DNA of 64,000 nucleotides, from the IMG/VR virus record IMGVR_UViG_2595698755_000001, positions 64,001-128,000 of that record; one strand, 5' to 3'. The DNA comes from a virus (taxonomy: Duplodnaviria; Caudoviricetes). The notes beneath the pieces are model-generated. The model made no database searches, was not told where the DNA came from, and saw only the letters and a program-made list of their open reading frames with translations. Shown here one piece after another: positions 37,315 through 44,281 of this stretch; position 1 is the stretch's first letter, and each line of letters starts with the position of its first letter. Made by a program: the position numbers and the translations under genes.

Positions 37315-37343
37315 TTGACAGGAACAAAAGATAATGATATAAT
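37315..37343 (+). promoter_or_regulatory. sigmaA-type promoter, family member
   Basis: TTGACA-ggaacaaaagataatga-TATAAT. Confidence 0.85.
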
Positions 37344-37362
37344 AAAGGAAGAGTTAAGCAAT

Positions 37363-37911
37363 ATGAACAAGCGTTACTTGTATGGATTCGACATTTCACT
37401 TAAAAACACTGGTGTCGCAATCTATGACCTAGACGAACATAAGTTTGTTTATGTCGGAAGTTTTAGTACAGAAAAGATTTATGCAACAAAAGAGTACAAG
37501 GGTTTACACCTTAACGCTCTGAAATTAAAAAAGATTGTGGATTGGATTAAGCCGATAATCCTAAAGCATCCACCAGAGGTTGTAGCTATTGAGAGGATGT
37601 TTAGTCGATTCCCATTGGAGACACAAGCCATCGCCAAAGCGACAGGAGTTATCCAGTGTATGGTTTGGAATAAACCTCAAGAATTATATCCACCAAAGGA
37701 AGTAAAAGCGCACATATGGCATGGAGGGGCTTCTAAAGATGATTTAATGAGAATCATCAAAGATATCTATCCATATCTAGAAATGGCAAACGATGATGAA
37801 TCGGATGCTGTAGCAGTAGCAATTACATATCTGATTAAACATGATTTAATCGACTGGACGAAACCACCTGCTCCAGTTAAGAAACGAAAAACAAAAAAGA
37901 AAGAGGGATGA
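37363..37911 (+). CDS. ruvC: RuvC-like Holliday junction resolvase
   Basis: GFDISLKNTG, VAIE, P.EVK..G.ASK and DDESDAVAVA motifs. Confidence 0.85.
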   Translation: MNKRYLYGFDISLKNTGVAIYDLDEHKFVYVGSFSTEKIYATKEYKGLHLNALKLKKIVDWIKPIILKHPPEVVAIERMFSRFPLETQAIAKATGVIQCMVWNKPQELYPPKEVKAHIWHGGASKDDLMRIIKDIYPYLEMANDDESDAVAVAITYLIKHDLIDWTKPPAPVKKRKTKKKEG

Positions 37912-37914
37912 TTT

Positions 37915-38448
37915 ATGAATATGTGGGAGAAAATAGTGAAAGTATTTGTAAAGCCACAAAGGGATGATGTACAGGAAACATTAGATTTGCTACATAAGAA
38001 AGACAAAGAAAAAGCAATTGAACCAGAGGAAACAATTGTAACTGTCCCTGCAAGAGTTGCAGGTGTATATAACCTCTATTCAGAGTATACTAAAAAAGAT
38101 TACTTTAGTTATCAACGAATGGAACGTGTCGATTATGAAATCTGGTGTATACATATGAATGTAAAAGCGATGGTTGAAATAACAGTCAATGGGGTTAAAT
38201 CTCGATTCAAAATAGAAGACACTGTAGAACTTATAGAAGGAAAGTATGGAGAAGATAGTCTGTATAAATTCTTTATGAGCCGAACAGACGAAAGAAAAAA
38301 AGAATTAATTGAAGAGGGGTTGAATAAATTGGTAATTAAAACATTCAATGATAATAAACTGAAAGATTACAAAGAGCAATTTCAAAACCTTGGTAAAGTC
38401 GAGTTTGACATCAAGATTGAGGTTAATGAAGAAAAACTACAAAAATAG
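37915..38448 (+). CDS. Hypothetical protein
   Basis: 177-aa ORF; last gene of the + arm. Confidence 0.7.
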   Translation: MNMWEKIVKVFVKPQRDDVQETLDLLHKKDKEKAIEPEETIVTVPARVAGVYNLYSEYTKKDYFSYQRMERVDYEIWCIHMNVKAMVEITVNGVKSRFKIEDTVELIEGKYGEDSLYKFFMSRTDERKKELIEEGLNKLVIKTFNDNKLKDYKEQFQNLGKVEFDIKIEVNEEKLQK

Positions 38449-38471
38449 AACTATATCGTAAAACAAAAATA

Positions 38472-38535
38472 ATCCCCTCAATTGAGGGGATTTTGCTATA
38501 TGTGTTTTGCTGTATAAAACTGCACTTTTATAAAG
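38472..38535 (+). repeat. Composite element at the strand switch: 20-bp palindrome (possible bidirectional terminator), 18-nt spacer, dif-like site copy 4
   Basis: ATCCCCTCAATTGAGGGGAT, 18 nt, then C-TGTATAAAA-CTGCAC-TTTTATAAAG. Confidence 0.75.
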
Positions 38536-38536
38536 A

Positions 38537-39040
38537 TTATTTACCGTTATACTGGTAATATCCTTTAGTCTTTGTACGTTTGATTTCATTCGTCACTTTC
38601 ATTGCTCTTTGTAAATTGTTATTCTGGAAGTTCTTTAGGCTTGTGATTTGTCCACCTAAACGCTCATTTGTTTTTTTGAATAACTCATTTAAATGCATTG
38701 GTGTTTTGTTTGCTTTTAATACTTCAACAATTGCTTCTGTTACGATTGGTTGTCTAATACCCATATGATTACGAATATTTTGATTGATTGGATATTTCGT
38801 TTTTGGTTTTTCTTCTAACTTCATTTTTTGTTGCTCTACTTTTACTTCTTCATTTAGTGCTGATTTTGCGAATGCAACATATTCACTTAGAGTGACTTCT
38901 GTAATTCCACGTGATTCCATTTCTGTTAGGTTGTTCAATGACTCTCTAAGACCAGAATGTAAATCAATCAATCTAGCTTGTTCATCTAGAATGTTCTTCA
39001 TCTTATTTTGGATATACGCTTTCTCTTGACTAATGTTCAC
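38537..39040 (-). CDS. Rok-like protein (N-terminal coiled coil, C-terminal winged helix)
   Basis: C-domain EAIVEVLKANKTPMHLNELFKK...NF...L.RAMK....I.R...GYYQY resembles the Rok DNA-binding domain. Confidence 0.6.
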   Translation of the reverse strand: MNISQEKAYIQNKMKNILDEQARLIDLHSGLRESLNNLTEMESRGITEVTLSEYVAFAKSALNEEVKVEQQKMKLEEKPKTKYPINQNIRNHMGIRQPIVTEAIVEVLKANKTPMHLNELFKKTNERLGGQITSLKNFQNNNLQRAMKVTNEIKRTKTKGYYQYNGK

Positions 39041-39105
39041 ATTAATCTCTCCTTCAATGTTTATTTATCTTGTAAAATCTCACTCTCACAAGTCTTACAA
39101 TTTTG

Positions 39106-39134
39106 ATTGTATATTAGGAGAGATAGCTTGTCAA
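39106..39134 (-). promoter_or_regulatory. sigmaA promoter of the rok-like gene
   Basis: Minus strand TTGACA-agctatctctcctaata-TACAAT. Confidence 0.65.
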
Positions 39135-39142
39135 CACAAAAA

Positions 39143-40096
39143 TTAATCTTTTGTACTCCATGTTCCGTCAGAGCCTTGACCATAGATTGTTACACGATGC
39201 AATCCTTCTGTTCCTAATTCTGAATGGTCAATCTCTGCAACAATATTTGTATTTGCTGTTTTTGCACCACCAGAATCAGCTAATAATCCTGTCATATAAT
39301 CCAAACCACCAACCATAACTTTATACGCTTGAACATCTTTATCAAATTTAAATGTTACTAATGTCTTTTCTGCACCCGTCACTCTGCTGATTTTTGTTCG
39401 AGTAGATGAGACAACAGAAGCAATTGGAGCAGAACTTCCCATTCCAATATCAATTCCATTATTATAATTTTGTAATACTTCTGCATCTGACAATGCTTTA
39501 GTATATCCTCTACAAGCATATATTTTACCATTAAAAAATGTATTCTTTGCATTGTAATAATTACATCCAAGATATAAGTTGTAGTTTCTAGTGAATGGAA
39601 GTGTATTTGCATTCTGCGTTGCAACTAATTGACCATTTAAATACATTTTCTTTACTGATGATGTGAATGTAAACACTACATGAAGAATGTTTGTCCCTAA
39701 AGTTGTCTCTGGACTGCTTAATGTTCCACCACCACCACGTTCATAATACATCCCAACTGATTCTCTTCCTGCTTGGAATGCACCAGTAGTGCTCATAGTT
39801 ACCCGTTCTGTCGTTCCATACCACTTTGTAATATGTGTTAATTGGTCTGGTAACCCACCAGTTCTTTGAATCACACAATCAAGTGTAAAAGCGCTTGTAG
39901 GGCTTCCTAATGTGAATCCTGTAAAATCTATAGAACTGCTTGTACCATTGAATGTAGGAACGCTATTTGTAAAAGTGATATTGTTCATTACTCCAGTCAA
40001 TACTGCCCCAGATGGAGCAATATTTTCCCATCCACTTGCAGAACACTTACTTTGATAATTCCAATAATACTTTAATCCATCTGTTACTACTGCCAT
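39143..40096 (-). CDS. LamG/concanavalin-like lectin domain plus C-terminal Ig-like domain (putative fibre tip adhesin)
   Basis: FNGTSS.I, HVVFT...MYLNG, FNGKI...R.Y.KALS..EV.QNY LamG motifs; C-domain similar to domain 2 of 40905-41579. Confidence 0.75.
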   Translation of the reverse strand: MAVVTDGLKYYWNYQSKCSASGWENIAPSGAVLTGVMNNITFTNSVPTFNGTSSSIDFTGFTLGSPTSAFTLDCVIQRTGGLPDQLTHITKWYGTTERVTMSTTGAFQAGRESVGMYYERGGGGTLSSPETTLGTNILHVVFTFTSSVKKMYLNGQLVATQNANTLPFTRNYNLYLGCNYYNAKNTFFNGKIYACRGYTKALSDAEVLQNYNNGIDIGMGSSAPIASVVSSTRTKISRVTGAEKTLVTFKFDKDVQAYKVMVGGLDYMTGLLADSGGAKTANTNIVAEIDHSELGTEGLHRVTIYGQGSDGTWSTKD

Positions 40097-40108
40097 AATC
40101 TACACTCC

Positions 40109-40402
40109 TTAAATGAATCTTGTCATGAATGAACCTCTTCGAAGAGATGGTGTTCCATCAATCTCTCCATACCATTCATAATAAAGTTTCTGTTCTTTCT
40201 TCGGTGTCGTGTAATCATAAAAGTATTCTCCAACAGCTTTCTTGTTTGTTGATGTTAAAACTTCTGTTTTTACTTCTCTATATTTTTGGTCATAAATAAC
40301 TACCTTGATTAGTTGTGGGTCAACTTTTTCGCCCTCGAAATTATAGAACACACATTCGAATCTTACTGTATCACCATACTGATATATATTCATTTTATTC
40401 AC
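40109..40402 (-). CDS. Small beta-sandwich structural protein
   Basis: GDTVRF...F....G..VDP...G.Y.YDY pattern. Confidence 0.6.
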   Translation of the reverse strand: MNKMNIYQYGDTVRFECVFYNFEGEKVDPQLIKVVIYDQKYREVKTEVLTSTNKKAVGEYFYDYTTPKKEQKLYYEWYGEIDGTPSLRRGSFMTRFI

Positions 40403-40854
40403 TCCTTAATTTGACTCTTACCATCTCTGACAGTAAGTTGTCTATCCTTGTCGATTGTTTCTGCTTTCCGTTCAATATCTTTGTTCTGTATATTTGACTT
40501 TTTGGAATCAGATATAACTGGGTTTAATATAGTTAATGATTCTCTAATCGTAATAGTTTTTTCATACAATTCAGAAACATTATCAACCGTATCCTTAACA
40601 CGAACAAATAGTCTTGCTAATCCTAAAGGGAATCCATTGAAGTCTAAAATACCTGTCAATTGATTTCCATCTCTTCTGAAAGTATAATCGTGTCTTGTAC
40701 CACTCTCATCAATTACATAAATTTCATTTGGTGTCCCTATCATCTCATCTGCTTCAATTGTAACTTCAACGCTTGCTTCTCTCACTGTATATGCAGGTGC
40801 ATAGATTTCAATAGTCGGTGCTGTTGTATCTAATTCTACAATGATATAATTCAT
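40399..40854 (-). CDS. Ig-like protein with N-terminal LDTTAP strand
   Basis: YIIVELDTTAP...VRVKDTVDNVS...TITI. Confidence 0.65.
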   Translation of the reverse strand: MNYIIVELDTTAPTIEIYAPAYTVREASVEVTIEADEMIGTPNEIYVIDESGTRHDYTFRRDGNQLTGILDFNGFPLGLARLFVRVKDTVDNVSELYEKTITIRESLTILNPVISDSKKSNIQNKDIERKAETIDKDRQLTVRDGKSQIKE

Positions 40855-40873
40855 TTTAATCCCCCTTTAATCT

Positions 40874-40901
40874 AAAAAGAGAGGTTGCGACTGCAACCCC
40901 T
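40874..40901 (-). terminator. Intrinsic terminator after the 224-aa Ig gene
   Basis: Minus strand GGGGTTGC-AGTC-GCAACCTC-TCTTTTT. Confidence 0.75.
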
Positions 40902-40904
40902 AAA

Positions 40905-41579
40905 TTATACAGACCATGTTCCTGCACTATTTTTTATGAATACTTTGATAATTTTATTTCCATCACCGCTAGATGCAAGTTCTAAGTCTTGTCCAGTAAT
41001 TGTTACAGTGATTGGATTTGTGTATCCTCCTGTATTACCTGCAATGTTTGAACTTCCATTTATAGTACCGATAGTAACTCCAGAACTTTCAACTGCTCCT
41101 GTAGAAGTAACAACCTTAACTTTGTATTCTTCAAATTGCTCTGGTGAAGAGAATGTGAATGAAACAACGTTCTTTTGCTCTTTCTTAGAGATTTTGTATT
41201 TGTCTGGTGCTCCAACATTAACTGTAGGAATAGCAGTATTTAAGCTGATATTATCTTGTGCAACGCTAGATTCATTGTATACATCATCTCTGATTCTAAC
41301 TGATACTTGTTTATTTCCATCACCACTAGAAAGCTGAATTTGCTTTGAATCAGTGTATGAAATCCAAGTAGACGTAGCTTCTGTTGTTTGGATGTTTGTA
41401 TCATATGCAGGGTCTACTGTACCCCAAATTTTCATTTGGTAGCCTGTTGTATCCTCATCTGTAGTTCCTATAGCAATCGAAACTACTTGACTATTAGAAT
41501 ATGTAGCACCTCCATTGATGTTGACATATGGATTACTTGGCGCTGTTGTATCTAATATAATATTAATAAAATTTGCCAT
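40905..41579 (-). CDS. Two-domain Ig-like structural protein (putative major fibre subunit)
   Basis: SSGDGNK occurs in both domains; N-terminal IILDTTAP. Confidence 0.7.
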   Translation of the reverse strand: MANFINIILDTTAPSNPYVNINGGATYSNSQVVSIAIGTTDEDTTGYQMKIWGTVDPAYDTNIQTTEATSTWISYTDSKQIQLSSGDGNKQVSVRIRDDVYNESSVAQDNISLNTAIPTVNVGAPDKYKISKKEQKNVVSFTFSSPEQFEEYKVKVVTSTGAVESSGVTIGTINGSSNIAGNTGGYTNPITVTITGQDLELASSGDGNKIIKVFIKNSAGTWSV

Positions 41580-41592
41580 TAAATTTCACCTC

Positions 41593-41781
41593 TTAATCTC
41601 GTTCTGAGATTCTATTTCTTACTGGACTGCAATACTTCATGTCTACAACCATTTGTCCGTTATCATCTAAAAGCAATAACAATTTCTTGGAAGAATCATA
41701 GATTTTAAGAACCTTTCCCATATAAGTAATACCGCCTTGATTAACTAGTACATATTGACCAACTGTGTACATGAACATCAT
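41593..41781 (-). CDS. Small hypothetical protein
   Basis: RBS GAAGGA; SH3-like VGQYVLV...GKVL. Confidence 0.6.
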   Translation of the reverse strand: MMFMYTVGQYVLVNQGGITYMGKVLKIYDSSKKLLLLLDDNGQMVVDMKYCSPVRNRISERD

Positions 41782-41789
41782 TCCTTCTA

Positions 41790-42128
41790 TTATTTTTTAT
41801 TTAATTCTGATTTAGCTGATTCTTTCATTTCTTTAACCATTGCTTCAATCATTAAGTCGATTTCTTTTTCAGTCATCTTGATTTTCTTTTGTTGCATTAA
41901 TTTAAGTAATTCCATTTTAGCTACGTTTAATTTTTCGTCACCTTTAAGTTGTCCGTACATCTGCTCAACAGCAGTAACAACAATCTTAACTACTTCTTTA
42001 TTGTTTTCTACTTGTGCAACAAGACCTTTTTTCTTTAAGAAACTCATCAATGATTTAGTTGCTAAACCGACACATGCAGTTAATACTGCTACAATAAGAT
42101 TTACTAATTCCATTTGGATATTTTCCAT
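41790..42128 (-). CDS. Holin, LL-H family
   Basis: N-terminal TM helix; V.AVEQ....GDEK..A...I...IEA.V..MK. Confidence 0.8.
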   Translation of the reverse strand: MENIQMELVNLIVAVLTACVGLATKSLMSFLKKKGLVAQVENNKEVVKIVVTAVEQMYGQLKGDEKLNVAKMELLKLMQQKKIKMTEKEIDLMIEAMVKEMKESAKSELNKK

Positions 42129-42145
42129 TTGTCATTCTCCTTTTT

Positions 42146-42187
42146 AAAAATCAACCATACCTGTTGACAATATCAGACAGGCATGGT
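42146..42187 (-). terminator. Terminator between the 106-aa gene and holin
   Basis: Minus strand ACCATGCCTGT...ACAGGTATGGT followed by TGATTTTT. Confidence 0.6.
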
Positions 42188-42192
42188 ATAAT
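42164..42192 (+). promoter_or_regulatory. Antisense-oriented consensus sigmaA promoter in the lysis cassette
   Basis: TTGACA-atatcagacaggcatgg-TATAAT; 17-bp spacer, extended -10 TG. Confidence 0.65.
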
Positions 42193-42200
42193 TAAGTTAA

Positions 42201-42521
42201 TTAAAATTTACCGTCTAAACGTTGGTTTAGTTCAGTAATTTTTTCTTGCAGTTGTTTATTCTCTAATGTTAGGTTGATGTTAACAGCTTGAAGCTGTTTG
42301 ATTTCCTCACGCAAGTTTTCAATTTCTTCTCTTTGTTCTTGCATCATCTGACGTAATTCAGCGATTAATTGGTATTGGTCTTTTGAGAGTTGCATTCTGT
42401 CATTAATTGCCAGTTCTTTTTTGTTTGTGTTTTTGGTTACAAAATATGTAATACCAGAACCGAGAAGGGTTGAGAGTGCTGTTAACAATCCTGCATCTGT
42501 GAATAATTGTAAGAAATCCAT
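42201..42521 (-). CDS. TM plus coiled-coil lysis-associated protein (holin-like)
   Basis: One N-terminal TM helix and a long coiled coil, between endolysin and holin. Confidence 0.65.
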   Translation of the reverse strand: MDFLQLFTDAGLLTALSTLLGSGITYFVTKNTNKKELAINDRMQLSKDQYQLIAELRQMMQEQREEIENLREEIKQLQAVNINLTLENKQLQEKITELNQRLDGKF

Positions 42522-42590
42522 AATTGACTTCCTCCCCTATCTTTTTATGCAACCCCTTTTAATCAAGCCCTTTAACTCCATGACTAACTA

Positions 42591-43532
42591 TTAGTCTTGT
42601 ACGAAACGCACGAATGAAGAGTCGTTTTTAATCCATTGGTCGCCACCAAGATTTAACCAACCATCTTTCAATGCCCATACTTTATATGATTCTGGTGCAT
42701 TCAATTGACGGATTACTGAGTAACCTGTCCCTGCTCCAGAACGTAGGTTGACATTATATCCAGTGATATAAGCTGTACCTGTAACTGGTTTTGGTTGTGG
42801 TGCAGGTGTTGGAGCAATGCTTCCTCCACTAATAACTTGTAGATAGTTACCATTGTCACCATAAGCCCATTGGTCACCACCTAAGTTGTACCATCCGTTA
42901 GAAATTGCCCAAAACTCATATGTTTCACCATAACCTAGTTGACGGATGATTGGAGCACTTGCACTTGGTTGTGTACGTAGATTCAAACCTGTTGTAACTA
43001 CTTTTACAACGCCTGTTGTGCTAGTTGGTGGTTGAGTTGTACCTCCACCATTTAACTCTGTTTGTACAGCGTTAAGGAATGATTGCCATCTTCCTTCTGC
43101 AAGGATACGGTGTGGGCAATATTTCCCACTCCAATCTTGGTGCTTTTTAACTCGACTGATACCCCATCCACGCTCTCTTAAAAGTTGTGCTGTGAACTTA
43201 ACTGCTAAAGCTTCTGCTTTACGATATCTGTCTCCACCACTTAGAGAGTAGCAGATTTCAATTCCGATAGACTTCATATTACCGTTTCCAGTTCCATCTC
43301 CACAATGCCAAGCATTACGGTTTGTAGGGATACCTTGAACAACTTCGAAATCATCAACTGCAAAATGGAATGAAGTAGCATTACTGTTTGTAATCATGTA
43401 CTGCACCTCGTTATTCGCACTTGCATCATTGTAAGTATTGTGGATAGTAATGTATTCTGCTGTCATAGTGTTAGGACACTTTAAGCTGTACTTACTTGAA
43501 TCCACCAATTTTTGTCTTACTGAAATAGCCAT
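42591..43532 (-). CDS. Endolysin: N-acetylmuramoyl-L-alanine amidase plus two SH3b domains
   Basis: ITIHNT.NDASA.NE, SFHFAVDD, AWHCGDG, IGIEIC, HQDWSGKYCPH; two NLR..P/G SH3b repeats. Confidence 0.95.
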   Translation of the reverse strand: MAISVRQKLVDSSKYSLKCPNTMTAEYITIHNTYNDASANNEVQYMITNSNATSFHFAVDDFEVVQGIPTNRNAWHCGDGTGNGNMKSIGIEICYSLSGGDRYRKAEALAVKFTAQLLRERGWGISRVKKHQDWSGKYCPHRILAEGRWQSFLNAVQTELNGGGTTQPPTSTTGVVKVVTTGLNLRTQPSASAPIIRQLGYGETYEFWAISNGWYNLGGDQWAYGDNGNYLQVISGGSIAPTPAPQPKPVTGTAYITGYNVNLRSGAGTGYSVIRQLNAPESYKVWALKDGWLNLGGDQWIKNDSSFVRFVQD

Positions 43533-43590
43533 GTAAAATTCCTCCTAATATTTAATAGACCTGCTAGGTTAGACTCTCGCCTAGCAGGAT

Positions 43591-43620
43591 TTTATATCAT
43601 TATTTTTTATTCTTTGTCAG
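43591..43620 (-). promoter_or_regulatory. Family promoter upstream of endolysin (weaker match)
   Basis: Minus strand CTGACA-aagaataaaaaataatga-TATAAA (18-bp spacer), followed by hairpin CCTGCTAGG/CCTAGCAGG at 43560-43588. Confidence 0.6.
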
Positions 43621-43759
43621 TTTTAGATTCTGCATCTTCTAGAATCTGTTTCTCTAACTGTTTGATATAAGCAGACTTCATGATTAACTCATTCGTTAAT
43701 TCTGCCACCTTATCTTGATATTCTTTAATTACGATATTAATATCTAATTTTCCTTGCAT
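43607..43759 (-). CDS. 50-aa coiled-coil protein (not in ORF track)
   Basis: MQGKLDINIVIKEYQDKVAELTNELIMKSAYIKQLEKQILEDAESKTDKE; RBS AGGAGG. Confidence 0.7.
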   Translation of the reverse strand: MQGKLDINIVIKEYQDKVAELTNELIMKSAYIKQLEKQILEDAESKTDKE

Positions 43760-43781
43760 TTCCTTTTCCTCCTAATATTTT

Positions 43782-44279
43782 CTATTCCCACTTAACAGCA
43801 ACAATTGTTGCATGGTCTGTGGCATTCTTAACAATATTTGTTTTTTCATTGTATTTCATTAGTTGACTGAATTTGTGGTCAAATGCTTCATCTTGTACTG
43901 CTAACCATTCGGCTCTAGTATGTTCTAAATAATTCTCTAAATCTTCGACTCTCCATTGAACAGTTGTGATATCTGGCTTTCTAGATAATCTCTCTGCCAT
44001 CCCTAAAAAGTTGATTTGGTCTGCATCATTCAAACGATAGTGATGTCCATTTGTTGATGTGAATCCATTTTTGATTCCTAAATCACAAGATTCATCTAGT
44101 ATTCTAAATTTAATATCTTTGTGATATTTAAGGATTTGTGTAGGAGACACTTGCCAAACCGCACAATTCAATTTTGATGCTATTGCATTAACTAATGCAT
44201 TCTGATTTGTTAGAGTCATATTTTCTAACCCTACTAAAATTAATTCCTTCTCATAAATTGTCAAAGTATCAAATACCAT
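43782..44279 (-). CDS. Tail-fibre-associated protein (DUF4376-like)
   Basis: C...I..GF....HHY....DQINF and C-terminal I.AVKW; follows the fibre gene. Confidence 0.6.
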   Translation of the reverse strand: MVFDTLTIYEKELILVGLENMTLTNQNALVNAIASKLNCAVWQVSPTQILKYHKDIKFRILDESCDLGIKNGFTSTNGHHYRLNDADQINFLGMAERLSRKPDITTVQWRVEDLENYLEHTRAEWLAVQDEAFDHKFSQLMKYNEKTNIVKNATDHATIVAVKWE

Positions 44280-44281
44280 AA

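Noticed and set aside
12529-37362. Longer upstream starts given by the ORF track (e.g. 12529, 17902, 22613, 24757, 37315)
   Set aside because: They overlap promoters, terminators or upstream genes; downstream ATGs with clear SD sequences were used instead.
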